64,000 nucleotides of DNA, from contig CAWIJX010000006.1 of the NCBI GenBank assembly GCA_963836515.1, positions 324,809 to 388,808 on the forward strand, read 5' to 3'. Origin of the DNA: an uncultured Phycisphaerales bacterium (GTDB taxonomy: Bacteria; Planctomycetota; Phycisphaerae; Tepidisphaerales; Tepidisphaeraceae). Both the position numbers and the translations under genes were made by a program. The notes beneath the pieces are model-generated. The model made no database searches. It saw only the letters and a program-made list of their open reading frames with translations, and had not been told where the DNA came from. Positions 17,016 through 28,054 of this stretch are shown here, in pieces. Numbering within the stretch: the stretch's first letter is position 1; every line of letters begins with the position of its first letter.

Positions 17016-19940
17016 ATGAGCGGGAGGATTTTGCGGGGCGCCTGCGTTGCAGCGATGCTGTTGCTGGCGCCGGATGTTCTGGGTAAAGCGGGCAGCGCCA
17101 CCAAGCCCAGCGATCGCGAGCAGCGGCTGGCCGCCTTGCGCGATTCGCGGGCCAACGAGGAGGCCGCCGATCTGTTTCGCACCGCCGACACGACTTATCT
17201 GGTCGGCGACGCGAGCCGCGCGGCGGAGTTGTTCACGCGGCTGCTGACCACGATGCCCAATTCGAGCTATGCCATCCGCGCATCAGCGCGACTGGGCGAC
17301 TGCCATTACGAGAGCAAGCGGTTCACCGACGCGGCCCAGCAATACCGCAAGGCCGCGGCCGCCGCCGAATCCGCCGCCAATGACGAGGAAGCCAACGCCG
17401 GCGTCCGGGCCGACTTCATGGTGGGGCAGAGCTATCTGCAAGCCAAGATGTACACGCAGGCGTTCAGCCAGTTCCGGCGGTTCATCGACCGCCACGCGGG
17501 CCATCCGCTGGTGAACCAATGCTATCAGGCGATCGGCGACGCTCACCTGGCCATGGAGCAATTCCAGCAGGCACTGCGGGCTTACCGCATGGTCGGCACG
17601 GTCTTCGGGCAGAAGACCGCAGCGCACAAGCGCATCGCGCCGGGCCAGCGACTGTATCTGCGCATCACGGACGCCGACGTGAACGTCGGCGAGACACTCC
17701 GGTCGGTCAAGGCGACGATTCGCACGACGGGCGGGGACCTGGAAACCGTCGAGTTGGAGCCGCTGGGGCAGCGCAGCGCCCTGTTTATTGGCACGATCCC
17801 GACGGCGCTCGGCTCGCCGCGCCACAGCGACGAATTGAAGGAGATCTTCGCCGAGCCCGTCGCCGTGAAGATTCGCAACGACCTGGCCGAAGCCGAGCGG
17901 CTGGAAGCATCGGCCAAGCAGAAGACCGAGGAGGCATTTGAACTGGATCGATCGGCGCAGAAGACGGCCGATCCCGCGGGCACGGAACGTAAGCGGTCGG
18001 CGCTGACTGCCGAGGCTGAAAAGCTCAATTCGCAGTCGCAGGTGATCAAGCGACAAGCCTGCCAGACGATCGACAAGGCTTTCGTCGAATTTGAGAAGAA
18101 GCTGCAAGCATGGGGGCCCGACCAGACGCTCGCCGCGCTCATGGCCCGCGCCGCATCCACCCGGCCAACCACGGCGCCAGCGGACGATGCGGACAAGTCC
18201 CCGACAGAGAACCAGGCGTTGATCGCGGCGGCCGCCAAGCCCTTGACCGGCACCGACGAGGATGAAACTCAGACGGGTCCCGCCGCCACCGCCGGCGAGC
18301 AGGAACGCCGCGGCATGACCGAGAACGAACTCGTGCAGATGCGCATTGCCGCGAGCAAGGTCCCGACCGCCATGGATAACATCAATGCGCGCCTGACGGC
18401 GCTGTCCGTGTGGAGCCGATCGCTTTCGCGGCAGTTCCAGCGCGTCGAGGTGCGCGGCGGCGACCGCATCGAGGTCGAATACTATGACGAGATCGGCCCG
18501 AACGGCCCGAATACGCCGCAGAACGCCATTCGGCGCGACGTGGTCGAGGTGGCGTCCGATGCAACGCTTGAGATTCTCACCCGCGATGGCCGGGAACCGC
18601 TGTCGCAGGCCGTGGTAGGTGCGGAAATCTTGCTTCGCGTGGAGGACGCCGACGGGGATGTGAGCGATGGCCGCGACACTCTGACGGTGACGCTGGCGGC
18701 CGTGCCGATCACCGATGCGCGATCGGCCGAGGTGGCGGCATTGTCGTCGGCATCGACCAAGCCGACAACGCAGCGCGCCACGCCCGGCGAGATCGCCGGC
18801 CAGGCGGAGAGTGAGCCGGTGCAGCCCCTCGTGCCGCCCGGATGCCGGTCAATCACGGTGAAACTGACTGAGACCGGCCCGCATACGGGTGTTTTCGAGC
18901 GGCTGATCACGGTCGCCCCGCAAGGCGTCATCGGCGACGGCGGCGCTGTCCTGCCCCTCAAGAGCGATACGTCGAGTGGCGGCCTGTGCGCTGTTCGCGC
19001 GGCCTATCGCGATGAGCGATGCATTCGCCATGCCGACGGCTGGGTGCTGGCCAAGGCGATCGACTGCGTCGCAGGCGGCACTGGCGAGGTGGCGGCCGTC
19101 AAATATCGCCAGACGCAGCTTGACCTGGAAGCCAAGCTGCGGCGGGCCATCGCGGCCGGCGAGATCGGCAAGATCTACCTCGACCTGGGCCTGACCCATC
19201 GCGGGCGCGATTACCTGGCTTCCGCGCAGTCCGACTGCAACGAGATCGCCCGTGCGGCCGAGAAGACCGCACTGGGCGAGGATGCGCTGCACGCGTCGTG
19301 GAAGATCTATTTCTATGCCGGCATGATGGACGAGGCGGTGGCGGCGTGCCGCACGCTCATGGCGCGATACCCCACCAGCGACTACATTCCCGATGCGATG
19401 TTCGCCATGGGGCAGGCATCGTTGGAGTTGGGCAAGCGTGCCGTCGAGCAGGGCAAGGCGGCCGGCGATAAGGCCGCTCTCAACCGCAACCTGACCCGTG
19501 CCGTCTCGCAATTCGAGGAACTCGCACAACGGTTCCCCCGGAGCCCCCTGGCGCCCGAGGCGCTGTTCAATGTCGGCATGGCCAAGATGGCCGCGGGGCA
19601 GACAGGATTGGATGTCTTTGAGCGTCTGGCCAAGCAGTATCCCGATTCGGTGCTGGCGGCGCAGGGGCTCATGCAGTCGGCCGAGTATTACCTGTCGGTG
19701 AACGATTACCGGCGGGCGTCGGATTATTATTCGCGCGTGCTCACGGATTACCCCGACTCGCCCAAGCTCGGCGAGGTGCTGTTGCAGCGAGGCGTCTGCC
19801 AGTACAAGCTCGGCCAGGTGGCCGAGGCGCTGCAGAGCTTCTACCGCGTGGTGGAAGAGCAGAGCGGCACCGAACTGGCGACCAAGGCACAGAAGTACAT
19901 CAACATCATCAACCAGAAGCGGGGAGGGAAAGATGAATAG
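17016..19940 (+). CDS. large secreted TPR-repeat protein (974 aa) with internal 'ETGxxTGxF' repeat domains
   Basis: ATG 17016 after GGAGG. Signal peptide 'MSGRILRGACVAAMLLLAPDVLG'. TPR-like repeats at both ends. 'VKLTETGPHTGVFERLI' motif. No frameshift. Confidence 0.7.
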   Translation: MSGRILRGACVAAMLLLAPDVLGKAGSATKPSDREQRLAALRDSRANEEAADLFRTADTTYLVGDASRAAELFTRLLTTMPNSSYAIRASARLGDCHYESKRFTDAAQQYRKAAAAAESAANDEEANAGVRADFMVGQSYLQAKMYTQAFSQFRRFIDRHAGHPLVNQCYQAIGDAHLAMEQFQQALRAYRMVGTVFGQKTAAHKRIAPGQRLYLRITDADVNVGETLRSVKATIRTTGGDLETVELEPLGQRSALFIGTIPTALGSPRHSDELKEIFAEPVAVKIRNDLAEAERLEASAKQKTEEAFELDRSAQKTADPAGTERKRSALTAEAEKLNSQSQVIKRQACQTIDKAFVEFEKKLQAWGPDQTLAALMARAASTRPTTAPADDADKSPTENQALIAAAAKPLTGTDEDETQTGPAATAGEQERRGMTENELVQMRIAASKVPTAMDNINARLTALSVWSRSLSRQFQRVEVRGGDRIEVEYYDEIGPNGPNTPQNAIRRDVVEVASDATLEILTRDGREPLSQAVVGAEILLRVEDADGDVSDGRDTLTVTLAAVPITDARSAEVAALSSASTKPTTQRATPGEIAGQAESEPVQPLVPPGCRSITVKLTETGPHTGVFERLITVAPQGVIGDGGAVLPLKSDTSSGGLCAVRAAYRDERCIRHADGWVLAKAIDCVAGGTGEVAAVKYRQTQLDLEAKLRRAIAAGEIGKIYLDLGLTHRGRDYLASAQSDCNEIARAAEKTALGEDALHASWKIYFYAGMMDEAVAACRTLMARYPTSDYIPDAMFAMGQASLELGKRAVEQGKAAGDKAALNRNLTRAVSQFEELAQRFPRSPLAPEALFNVGMAKMAAGQTGLDVFERLAKQYPDSVLAAQGLMQSAEYYLSVNDYRRASDYYSRVLTDYPDSPKLGEVLLQRGVCQYKLGQVAEALQSFYRVVEEQSGTELATKAQKYINIINQKRGGKDE

Positions 19941-19984
19941 CTTTTTATCATCGCGGGCGTTGCCCGCAACCAAAGCGTGTGCGT

Positions 19985-20125
19985 CTTTGTCAGTAGTCCG
20001 TTGTCCGTTGTCAGTGGTCGGGTCCGTGGTCCCCTGGTCAGTGGACGCGCGGAGGCTCTCCCAATTGACCAATGGACCATTGACCCGTCCACGGACAACG
20101 GACCACAGACAACTGACGAGCAGAT
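19985..20125. repeat. palindromic repeat element (about 150 bp, ACTGAC/GGTCC/GGACAA-rich), copy 1
   Basis: Shares arms with copies at 33385-33550, 57296-57355 and 58905-59055. All copies are intergenic. Confidence 0.7.
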
Positions 20126-20139
20126 CCGCGGGTCTGGCC

Positions 20140-23100
20140 ATGGCGATCCTCATGGGCATGCTCGTCCCGGCACTGGGGGCGCAGAAGGCTCCCCCACCGG
20201 CGGCGCCGGTTGCGCGATACGCGCCAGATCGTTGCCGACGCCATCCAGGCGATGAAAGCCAACGACTACGCGCGCCGTGGCGCTGTTCGACACTGCTCGC
20301 GCCAAGGCCGATTTCGTCGCCGCTCGCGCCCCCCTGCCGCTGTTCGTCGCCGCGGGCGATTTCCATTTCGCCCAGGGGACGCGCGAGCAGCAGGAGATGG
20401 CGCTGACCATCTACAGCCAGGCCGGCGACGTGCTGGCCGAGATGCTGCAGCCCAATGAGAAGGCGCTGCTGCGCCTCAAGCGCGCCCAGGTGCTCATGCG
20501 CAGGGCCGCGGCGAGACGGCGCGCGAAGAACTGAACCTCATCCGCCGCGCGATCGTCAGCCGGCGGGGCCTGCTTTATGCGGATCTGGGCGATGCCGAGA
20601 TGCTCCTGCTGGCCAGCCAGCCCGACGCGGCCAGGGAGAAGCTCCTGACGCTGGTCGAGGCGGATGACCCGAATATCGCCTCGATGAGCATGTTTGCACT
20701 CGGGCGCACGTACGTTCAGCTCAAGCAGACCGACGCCGCCATCGCCACGTTCCGCAAGCTGTGGACGCGCTACGGCGAGAGCGAGATGATCAAGCGGGCG
20801 ATCTTCCTCGTCGGGCAGATCTACTTCGATCGCGGCGATTTCCTCGAGGCCCGCAAGCTCTACGAGGCCTGTTCCGTCGTCGGCGCGGCCATGCAGAACC
20901 GCGTCCGCCCCGGCGATGAGCTGATCGTCAAGGTCTACGACCTCAACTACTTCAACCGCACGCGATCGACCTCGCTGAACGTCACGCTCTCCGCGCCGTC
21001 GGGCGACCGCGAGACGCTCAAGCTGGAGAAGAACCAGGTCAGCGACCAGCTCTACATCGGCCGGATTCGCACGGCGCTGGCCATGCCCACGGTCAATGAT
21101 GGCATCCTTCAGGTCATGGGAAGAGACGTCATCGAGATCACCTACCCCGGCCAGAGCGGCGGGGCATACAAGGTAGCCGTCGTGGATGATGGCGTCATCA
21201 ACATCGACAGCATCCCCCTGCCGGAGCCACCGCCGCGCTACGAACAGGCGATGGCGCGCGTTCAGCCGCCCAAGCCTGCCGGCGAGCGCCCCATCCTGCC
21301 GATGTCGCGCCAGACCAGCGGCACGCTCAACCCCGGCTCGCCGGTCTATATCCAGCTCATCGACGCCGATCTCGACATCAGCAATGAGCCCGACACGACC
21401 ATGGTGGAAATGGTGGCCAGCGGCGGCGGAAAAGAGAATGTCGTCAAGGTGCAACTCCGCGAGACAGGCCCTCGAACCGGGATCTTCATCGGCTCGGTCA
21501 ACACTGCTTCCTCCGGGCCAACCATGGCGGTGAGTTCCGAAGGCGCCGGCCATCCCGCGATCAACGCGATCGACATGGACCGCGACAGTCTTCCGCCGAC
21601 CACGAGACCCTCGACCCAGCCCGTGAAGGGACCAACCTTCTGGCAGGCCAAACTGGGCGACAAGACGCCTTACCTGGAGATCGATCTGCACCAGCCGGCG
21701 GCGCTGGGCAAGATTATCTGGGGGGCTGGCAGCGATCCGCTGGCCGGCCGGAACATGCCCACGGATCTCACCATCACCCTGAAAGGCGATGGCCCGGAGA
21801 AAGTCCTGACGCTGACCAATCAATCGCAGCCGGTAGGCAACGTCATCGATCTCAAGGGAGCGTACGCGCGAACGATTCGCTTCGACATCACCAAATGGCG
21901 CGGCGATGCGCCGGCCATCGGCCAGGTCATCCTCACCGATCTCGACGGCAATCAACTGATCCCCAGTGCGATTCCCGCCGGCTCGTTGGCCGGCGCCGGC
22001 GTGCTGGAGTTCAACGTCGGGCAGAGTGTCTTTGCGCGATATCTCGATGAGCTGAACGAGACGCCGGGCACGCCGGTGATACGCGAATCGCGGCGGCTTG
22101 GCGCACGATATCACAATGGCACGCTGGCGCTGGTCAAGCCATCGGGCGACGACAACCGCGCCAAGGCATTTGTCCCCGCATGGAGGCTCGACCTCAACGC
22201 CGCGCCCACATCGTGCTGAACGATCCCGACCTGGACATCACGCCGAATCCCGACAAGGCGAGCGTCGAGGTGTTCACCGAAGCTGGCGCGAAGCAGACCG
22301 TCGAGCTGACTGAGACCGGCAACGCCACCGGCATTTTCGCCGGCCCGCTCACGCTCTCGACCAATCCGCAGGCGCTGAATAATCCCCGCATCCTCTACAT
22401 CCGGCCGGGCGACGTGCTTTGGATGAAGTATCTCGACCAGCGCAACATGCAGCCGGGATACAAGACGTTCCGCCATGCCTATGTACTGGAAAACCGGCCG
22501 ACCGCGGCGCAACTTATCGTGCCGCCGCTGCTGACCACCGCCTGGCCGTTTGAGATCAAGGGCACGGGCGATGAGGATGAATCGCCCATCGCCGCGCGAT
22601 CGCTCGGACAGGGCCGCATCAGCATCGGGGTTCATGATCCCGATGCGATGCCCAATGGCGATTGCGCCGTCAGCATGAAGATCAACGCGCTGATCGGCGG
22701 CGCGGCCAGGGACCTGACCCTCAACTGCACCGGCCCGTGTACGGCCACCGAGCAGGTGGACCTGGTCCTCGGCGAAGCCGAGGTGGCGCGGCGCGTCGGC
22801 GATTCGGCCAAGACGCGCGGCCAGTCCGAACTGGCCGTCCTGGGCGACGATATCGTTCGCCTCTCTTACGTCGATGCGCACGTGCCTTCGGGCGATCTCC
22901 AGGTGCGCCGATCATGCCCGACCCGCTACAGCCGGGATCGGGCAAAGCGCCGCCGAAAAAGGCGGCCAAGGATGATGAGCCGGTTGGCACGCCGGTCATC
23001 TCGCTGATGGACCCCAACCGGCGGGCGGTCGCGGCGCAGGAGTCGCGCCTGGCCGAGCTGCGCGCCGAGGTCAACTATCGGTCCTGGGCCTATGCCCAGG

Positions 23101-24845
23101 AGCGTACCGTGCTCGAGACGCGGCGCGAGCTGCTCAAGAAGCGGCTGGCCGCGGCGCCCGCCAAGGCGCCGACCACCAACCCGGCCGACGCGGAGACTGA
23201 CGCGACCGCTTCGGCGATCTCGTCGCTCAACAGCCAGATCACGCTGCTGAATGGCCGGATCGACCGGCTCAAGACACTGGGCGCGGTGGCGAGCGACAAG
23301 GCGCCCACGACCGCTCCCGCGGCCAAGCCGAATCCCGAGCAGACCGCGCTGATTGAGGCCGGCAGCGCCTTCGATATCGCGATTGAAGATCCCGATCTGA
23401 AGGAGCCAACTGTCGAGGTCCGGGTCCGCAGCATGGGCGGGCGGCTCATCGATTCCGTCACGATTTCGGCCAAGCGCGATGACGGCGGCGTCTACCGCGC
23501 CCACGTGCAGACCGACCGCGGCGAGGCCGGCCAGAAGGGCCTGCTGTCGGTCGTGCCCGGCGGCGAGATCGTGGCCGACTATCAGAACAAGAACCGCGCG
23601 CCGCAGGAGAACGTCGATCGCGTGAGTTACCTGGCTCTCGCCTCGGACGCGACGCTCGCGGCCACCAATGCCAACTTCACCGATCAGGTGAGCAAAGTGC
23701 GGCTGGGCGAGCCGGTGTACGTGCAGGTCATCAATTTCGCGGCCGACCGCTCGCCGGGAATCAATGTGGTCGCGGCCGACGTGACCTCCAGCAGCGGCGA
23801 TCGCCTTACTCTGATCCTCTCCGAAACCGAGCCGCACAGCGGCATCTTCCGCGGCAAGTTCTACACCGATGCCGGCGCGCCCAATCCCAACGATGACGTG
23901 CTCCAGGCCGCATATGGCGGGAGCGTGCAGATCGTCTATCGCGACTATCTCCGCCAGGACCGCTCGCAGTCGCTGGAGAGAAAGCTGCGGCTCGAAATCG
24001 CCGGCGGCACCGATGGAATCGTCGAGGCCTTCTCGCGCCAGTTCAAGGATGCGCAGGAAGAGATGAAGCTCTGGTATCGCACCGGCCAGTCGGCCTACCA
24101 GATCGGCCGGCGGCTCTACCTGGCCGGCGGCTACGAGCGTGCCGAGGAGTACTTCATCGAAGCCAACGACTACTTCTCGCACCTCGTTTCGCGATTCCCC
24201 GAAGAGGCCCTGGCCGCCAGCGCCAACTATTATCTGGGTAACATCCAGTCGCTCAAGGGCAATCACCGCGAGGCGCTGCTGCGGTTCCAGGAGATCGTGA
24301 CGCGCTGGCCCAAGTCGGATTTCGTGGCCAAGGCGCGATTCAAGGTCGGCCAGGCGTATGAGGCCATGGGCCAGTTCGAGCAGGCCGCCGACGCGTACGT
24401 GCTGCTGACGTATCACCATCCCGATGATGCGCACGTGCCCATGGCGATGATTCGGATGATGAACTACTACGCCCGCGGCGAGCAGTACGCCGATGCGGTG
24501 GCGATCGCGCAGAAGTTCGTGGAGAAGTTCCCGAAACAGGAGCAGGCCGGCGCGGTGGCGCTGAAGGCCGGGCAGTGGCTGGCGGTGGCCGAGAAACTCG
24601 ACGACGCCCTGGCCTGGTTCGCACAGGCCGAGAAGACCTTCGCAACCAATGACAAGGACATGCCGGCGCTGCTGTACTGGCATGCGGCGACACTGATCCA
24701 GATGCAAACGGCGCCGAAGGCGAGGCTCACGGTTCGGCCGGACAAGATTCGCGAGCTGCTCAACCGCGTAATTTACGACTATGGCAAGAGCGAGTACGTG
24801 AACCTCGCCCGCGCGGCGATGGAGCAGGTGCCGTTGAACCAATGA
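20140..24845 (+). CDS. very large secreted TPR / 'ETGxxTGxF'-repeat protein (about 1560 aa), at least five apparent frameshifts
   Basis: The coding signal hops between ORFs 19933.., 20210.., 20277.., 20600.., 22180.. and 22662..24845. Signal peptide 'MAILMGMLVPALGAQ'. Motifs 'VQLRETGPRTGIFIGSV', 'VELTETGNATGIFAGPL', 'LILSETEPHSGIFRGKF'. C-terminal TPRs. Confidence 0.55.
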
Positions 24846-24980
24846 CCAATTTCTAATGACGAATGTCTAAAGAAGGCCGAATGACGGAATGACGAATGAC
24901 GAATGACGGTGGCGTTTCGGACTTCGTCATTTGATCATTCGGAATTGATTAGACATTCGTCATTTGACATTCAGCATTCG
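24846..24980. repeat. imperfect 120-bp palindrome built from GAATGAC/GTCATTC heptamers (terminator or REP-like element)
   Basis: 'ctaatgacgaatgtctaaag..gaatgacggaatgacgaatgacgaatgacgg..tcgtcatttgatcattcggaattgattagacattcgtcatttg'. Confidence 0.7.
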
Positions 24981-24988
24981 CTAACACG

Positions 24989-26529
24989 ATGTCCATAAGG
25001 CTACTTCCCATTTTCATGTCCGTGGCTGTTTTCGCGGCCGACGGCGCGCCGGAGGGTATGGCCCCCGCGCGGGAGTTTGAGCGCGTGGCCGAGGCTTTCG
25101 CCAAGGAGGCCCCATCGCAGGACCTGGTCGATCGTCTCTACACGTTCATGGAGAAATATCCCAAGGATGCGCGATCCGACCGCGTGCAGTATTGGGTCGG
25201 CATCACCCAGCAGCGGCGTAAGTTCCACAACGAGGCGATCAAGGAATTCGGCTTCGTCATCAGCGACTTTCCCTCCAGTCCGCTGGTCGTCGTCGCGCTT
25301 TGCGCTCAGATCGACAGCTACGCGGCCATTGGCAAGGGCGAAAGGGCCGGCGAGATCTACACCAAGCTCGCGTCAATGCGCCCCACGGACCTGACCGACC
25401 TTCAGGCCGCCGCGGCGTATCGCGATGGCCTGCTCCACGTCGCCGGCCAGCATCTCGCGAAGAAGGAAGTCGATCAGGCGATCGCGCTCTACCTTCAGCT
25501 TCCCAGCCGGCAGGAGGCGCTGGCTCGCGTGGTCGAGCTCTACATCGCTTCCGACCGTCACGACGATGCGATGAACATGGTGCGCCGGCTTCCGCCCGAG
25601 GAAAAGCCGCTGGCCTTCCGGCTGACGCTGACGGCGTATTCGGCGCGCCCGGCGCCAACCGGCTCTTTTCGCTGCTGGATGAGATCATTGCCAAGGAGCC
25701 GGCGGGCAAGACGACCGACGATCTGATCCTGCAGATCGCCGCAGCCATCGCCAAGAAGGGAGATCAGGAACATCACAAGGCGCTGGAACTGATCTCCGCC
25801 AAGTGCGCCGGCCTCCGCCGCTGGGCACAGTATTCGCTCTGCGAGCTGCACAAGGAAGACCTGCAGCGGCTGATCACGTTCATCGGCGACTATCGAACCG
25901 GCGGCGATGTGGAGAAGGTGAAGGTTCTCGTCGGCGAACTCCACGAGCAGGCAGGCAACGGCGCGAAAGCACGCGAGGCCTACTGGCTGCTCGAGGACAA
26001 ACCCGCGGCACATTTCCGCGTTGCCGCGACCTACTACGGGAAACTCGCAAAGACGAAGGACCTCGAAGCCGGCCGGCGCGAGCTGAGCGAGATCGTCAAG
26101 CGGTTCTACTCCCCCGCCGTCAGCGCTGAGGCGCTGACGGCGCGGGCCGAGCTGGAAGCCGTCGCCATGGGCAACACCGCGGCGGCGGTCGCCACGCTTC
26201 GCGAGTTGGTTGACCGGTTCCCGCGCCAAGGTGACTTTGCGGTCAAGGCATTGATGCGGCTTGGGGCGCTGTTGCGCATTGGACGAAAGTACGATGAGGC
26301 CATTGTCGCCTATAACAAGCTCATCCTCGACTATCCAACGTCCGGCGCGGTGCGGCTTGCATGGCTGGAGATCGCCGCGTGCCACGACGAACGCAAAGAT
26401 GCGCAGAAGGCCGTCGCCGTGCTGAAGATGCTTCTCAAGAAGTTTCCGCACACCGCCGAGGCCAGCCGCGCCCACACACTGCTGGAGCAGAAGTACCAGG
26501 TTGACGACAGGGATGTGAGCGACAATTGA
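24989..26529 (+). CDS. secreted TPR-like protein upstream of exbB, apparent frameshift near 25660
   Basis: ORF 24989..25726 has a signal peptide 'MSIRLLPIFMSVAVFAADGAP'. It continues in ORF 25300..26529 from 'GAPGANRLFSLLDEIIAKEP'. Confidence 0.6.
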
Positions 26530-26565
26530 ACGGCCGCAAGTTGCCGGCCGTTCGGAGGTGCGATC

Positions 26566-27240
26566 ATGCTCGATTTCATCATGCGCGGAGGATGGGCCCT
26601 GTGGGTCATCGTTGCCTGCTCCATTGTGAGCCTCGGGGTGACGCTGGAGCGTTGGCTGGTGATGCGCAAGGCCAACGTCGATTCCGACGACCTGCTGGAC
26701 AGGGTCACCGATGCCCTCGATCGCAACGAAATCGACGGCGCCGTCAGCCTTTGCGCCGCCACCGGCGGGCCGGTCGCCGAGACGCTGGAGATCGGCCTGC
26801 GCAAGCTCGGTTTCCTTGAAGGCATCGGCAAGCGCCCCGAGGAGATCGAGGAAGGCATCGTCCAGGCGATGGAAGATCACGGCGGCCATGTCGTGGAGTA
26901 TCTGGAGCGCAACCTGACGGTGCTCGCGACGACGGCCAGCCTGGCGCCGATCCTGGGGATGATGGGCACGGTCTTCGGCATGATCCGGGCCTTTGGGTCA
27001 ATCCACAGCGCCGGCAACCTCACGCCGGAGGCCGTCGCCGGCGGCATTTCCGAGGCGCTGCTCTGCACGGCCGGCGGCCTGATCGTCGCGGCGATGTCCA
27101 CCGTCGAATACAACTTCTTCGTCAGCCGCGTGAACCGATTCGTCTTGCAGGTGCAGGCCGCGGGAACGAGGCTCGTGGAGCGCGTGCTGCACGCCCAGTC
27201 GCGGCGCGGCGCAACGGCGAGAAGGCGGAGGTCGCGGTAT
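26566..27240 (+). CDS. exbB: MotA/TolQ/ExbB proton-channel protein; the C-terminus probably shifts frame near 27210 to a stop overlapping the exbD ATG (ATGA)
   Basis: 'LAPILGMMGTVFGMIRAF', 'EALLCTAGGLIVAAMS'. Confidence 0.75.
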
Positions 27241-27691
27241 GAGGCTCGTCCGCCACCATCGCCCGGCCCCCTATCTGCCTTTCATCACGCTGGCGGACAT
27301 CGCCTGGCAGATCATCATCTTCTTCCTCGTGGCCTCGACATTCGTGCTGAACCATTCGCTGACGGTGGCCCTGCCATCGGCCGGCGCTGCCAAGGACGAA
27401 TCGTCTCTTCCCAAACCTGTTCGCGTCGAGGCGACGGAGACCACGTTGACCGTCAACGGCATGCCCGTCCCGCTGGCAGACCTGGAGTTGCAGATCACCG
27501 GCCTGCTCGCCGGCGCGACGACGGAAGAGCAGCGGGCGGTGGCGGTTCGGCTTGGCGATGACGTCACTTTCCAACGCAACGCGGACATTCTCTATGCGAT
27601 CCAGCAGGCCGGCGGCGTTGTGCTGATCGCGGAGGAGCGGCGACATGAAGATCGCGCAAGCGAACTGAGCCTATCAAGGAGACGCAGATGA
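27239..27691 (+). CDS. exbD: ExbD/TolR biopolymer transport protein
   Basis: 'ITLADIAWQIIIFFLVASTFV', then a periplasmic domain. Confidence 0.8.
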   Translation: MRLVRHHRPAPYLPFITLADIAWQIIIFFLVASTFVLNHSLTVALPSAGAAKDESSLPKPVRVEATETTLTVNGMPVPLADLELQITGLLAGATTEEQRAVAVRLGDDVTFQRNADILYAIQQAGGVVLIAEERRHEDRASELSLSRRRR

Positions 27692-28050
27692 TCAGCCTCG
27701 CTGACATCGCGTTCCTCATCATTTTCTTCTTCATGCTCACGTCAACGTTCATGCGCGACAAACTCAGCGTCGTACTGCCGCAGCTCGCCAAGACTACGAA
27801 GACTGACGCCGCGATCACCGTGATTGTTGATCGCGAGGGCAAGATCTATCTCAACGGCGAGCTGGTTGGCAGCAGCGGCACGCTCCAGACCGAGCTGAAG
27901 GGACTGCTGGCGAACAAGAACAACCCAAGGGACTCGGAGGTCCGTCTCCGCTGCGACAAGCGGCTCACGTACAAGGACTATCGCGACGTCTACGAGGCCA
28001 TCAGCCATGCGGGCGGGGTGATCGCCATCATGCACGATGTGCGAAAGTGA
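27688..28050 (+). CDS. exbD: ExbD/TolR biopolymer transport protein, second copy
   Basis: 'MISLADIAFLIIFFFMLTSTF'. Start overlaps the previous stop (ATGA). Confidence 0.8.
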   Translation: MISLADIAFLIIFFFMLTSTFMRDKLSVVLPQLAKTTKTDAAITVIVDREGKIYLNGELVGSSGTLQTELKGLLANKNNPRDSEVRLRCDKRLTYKDYRDVYEAISHAGGVIAIMHDVRK

Positions 28051-28054
28051 ACAA

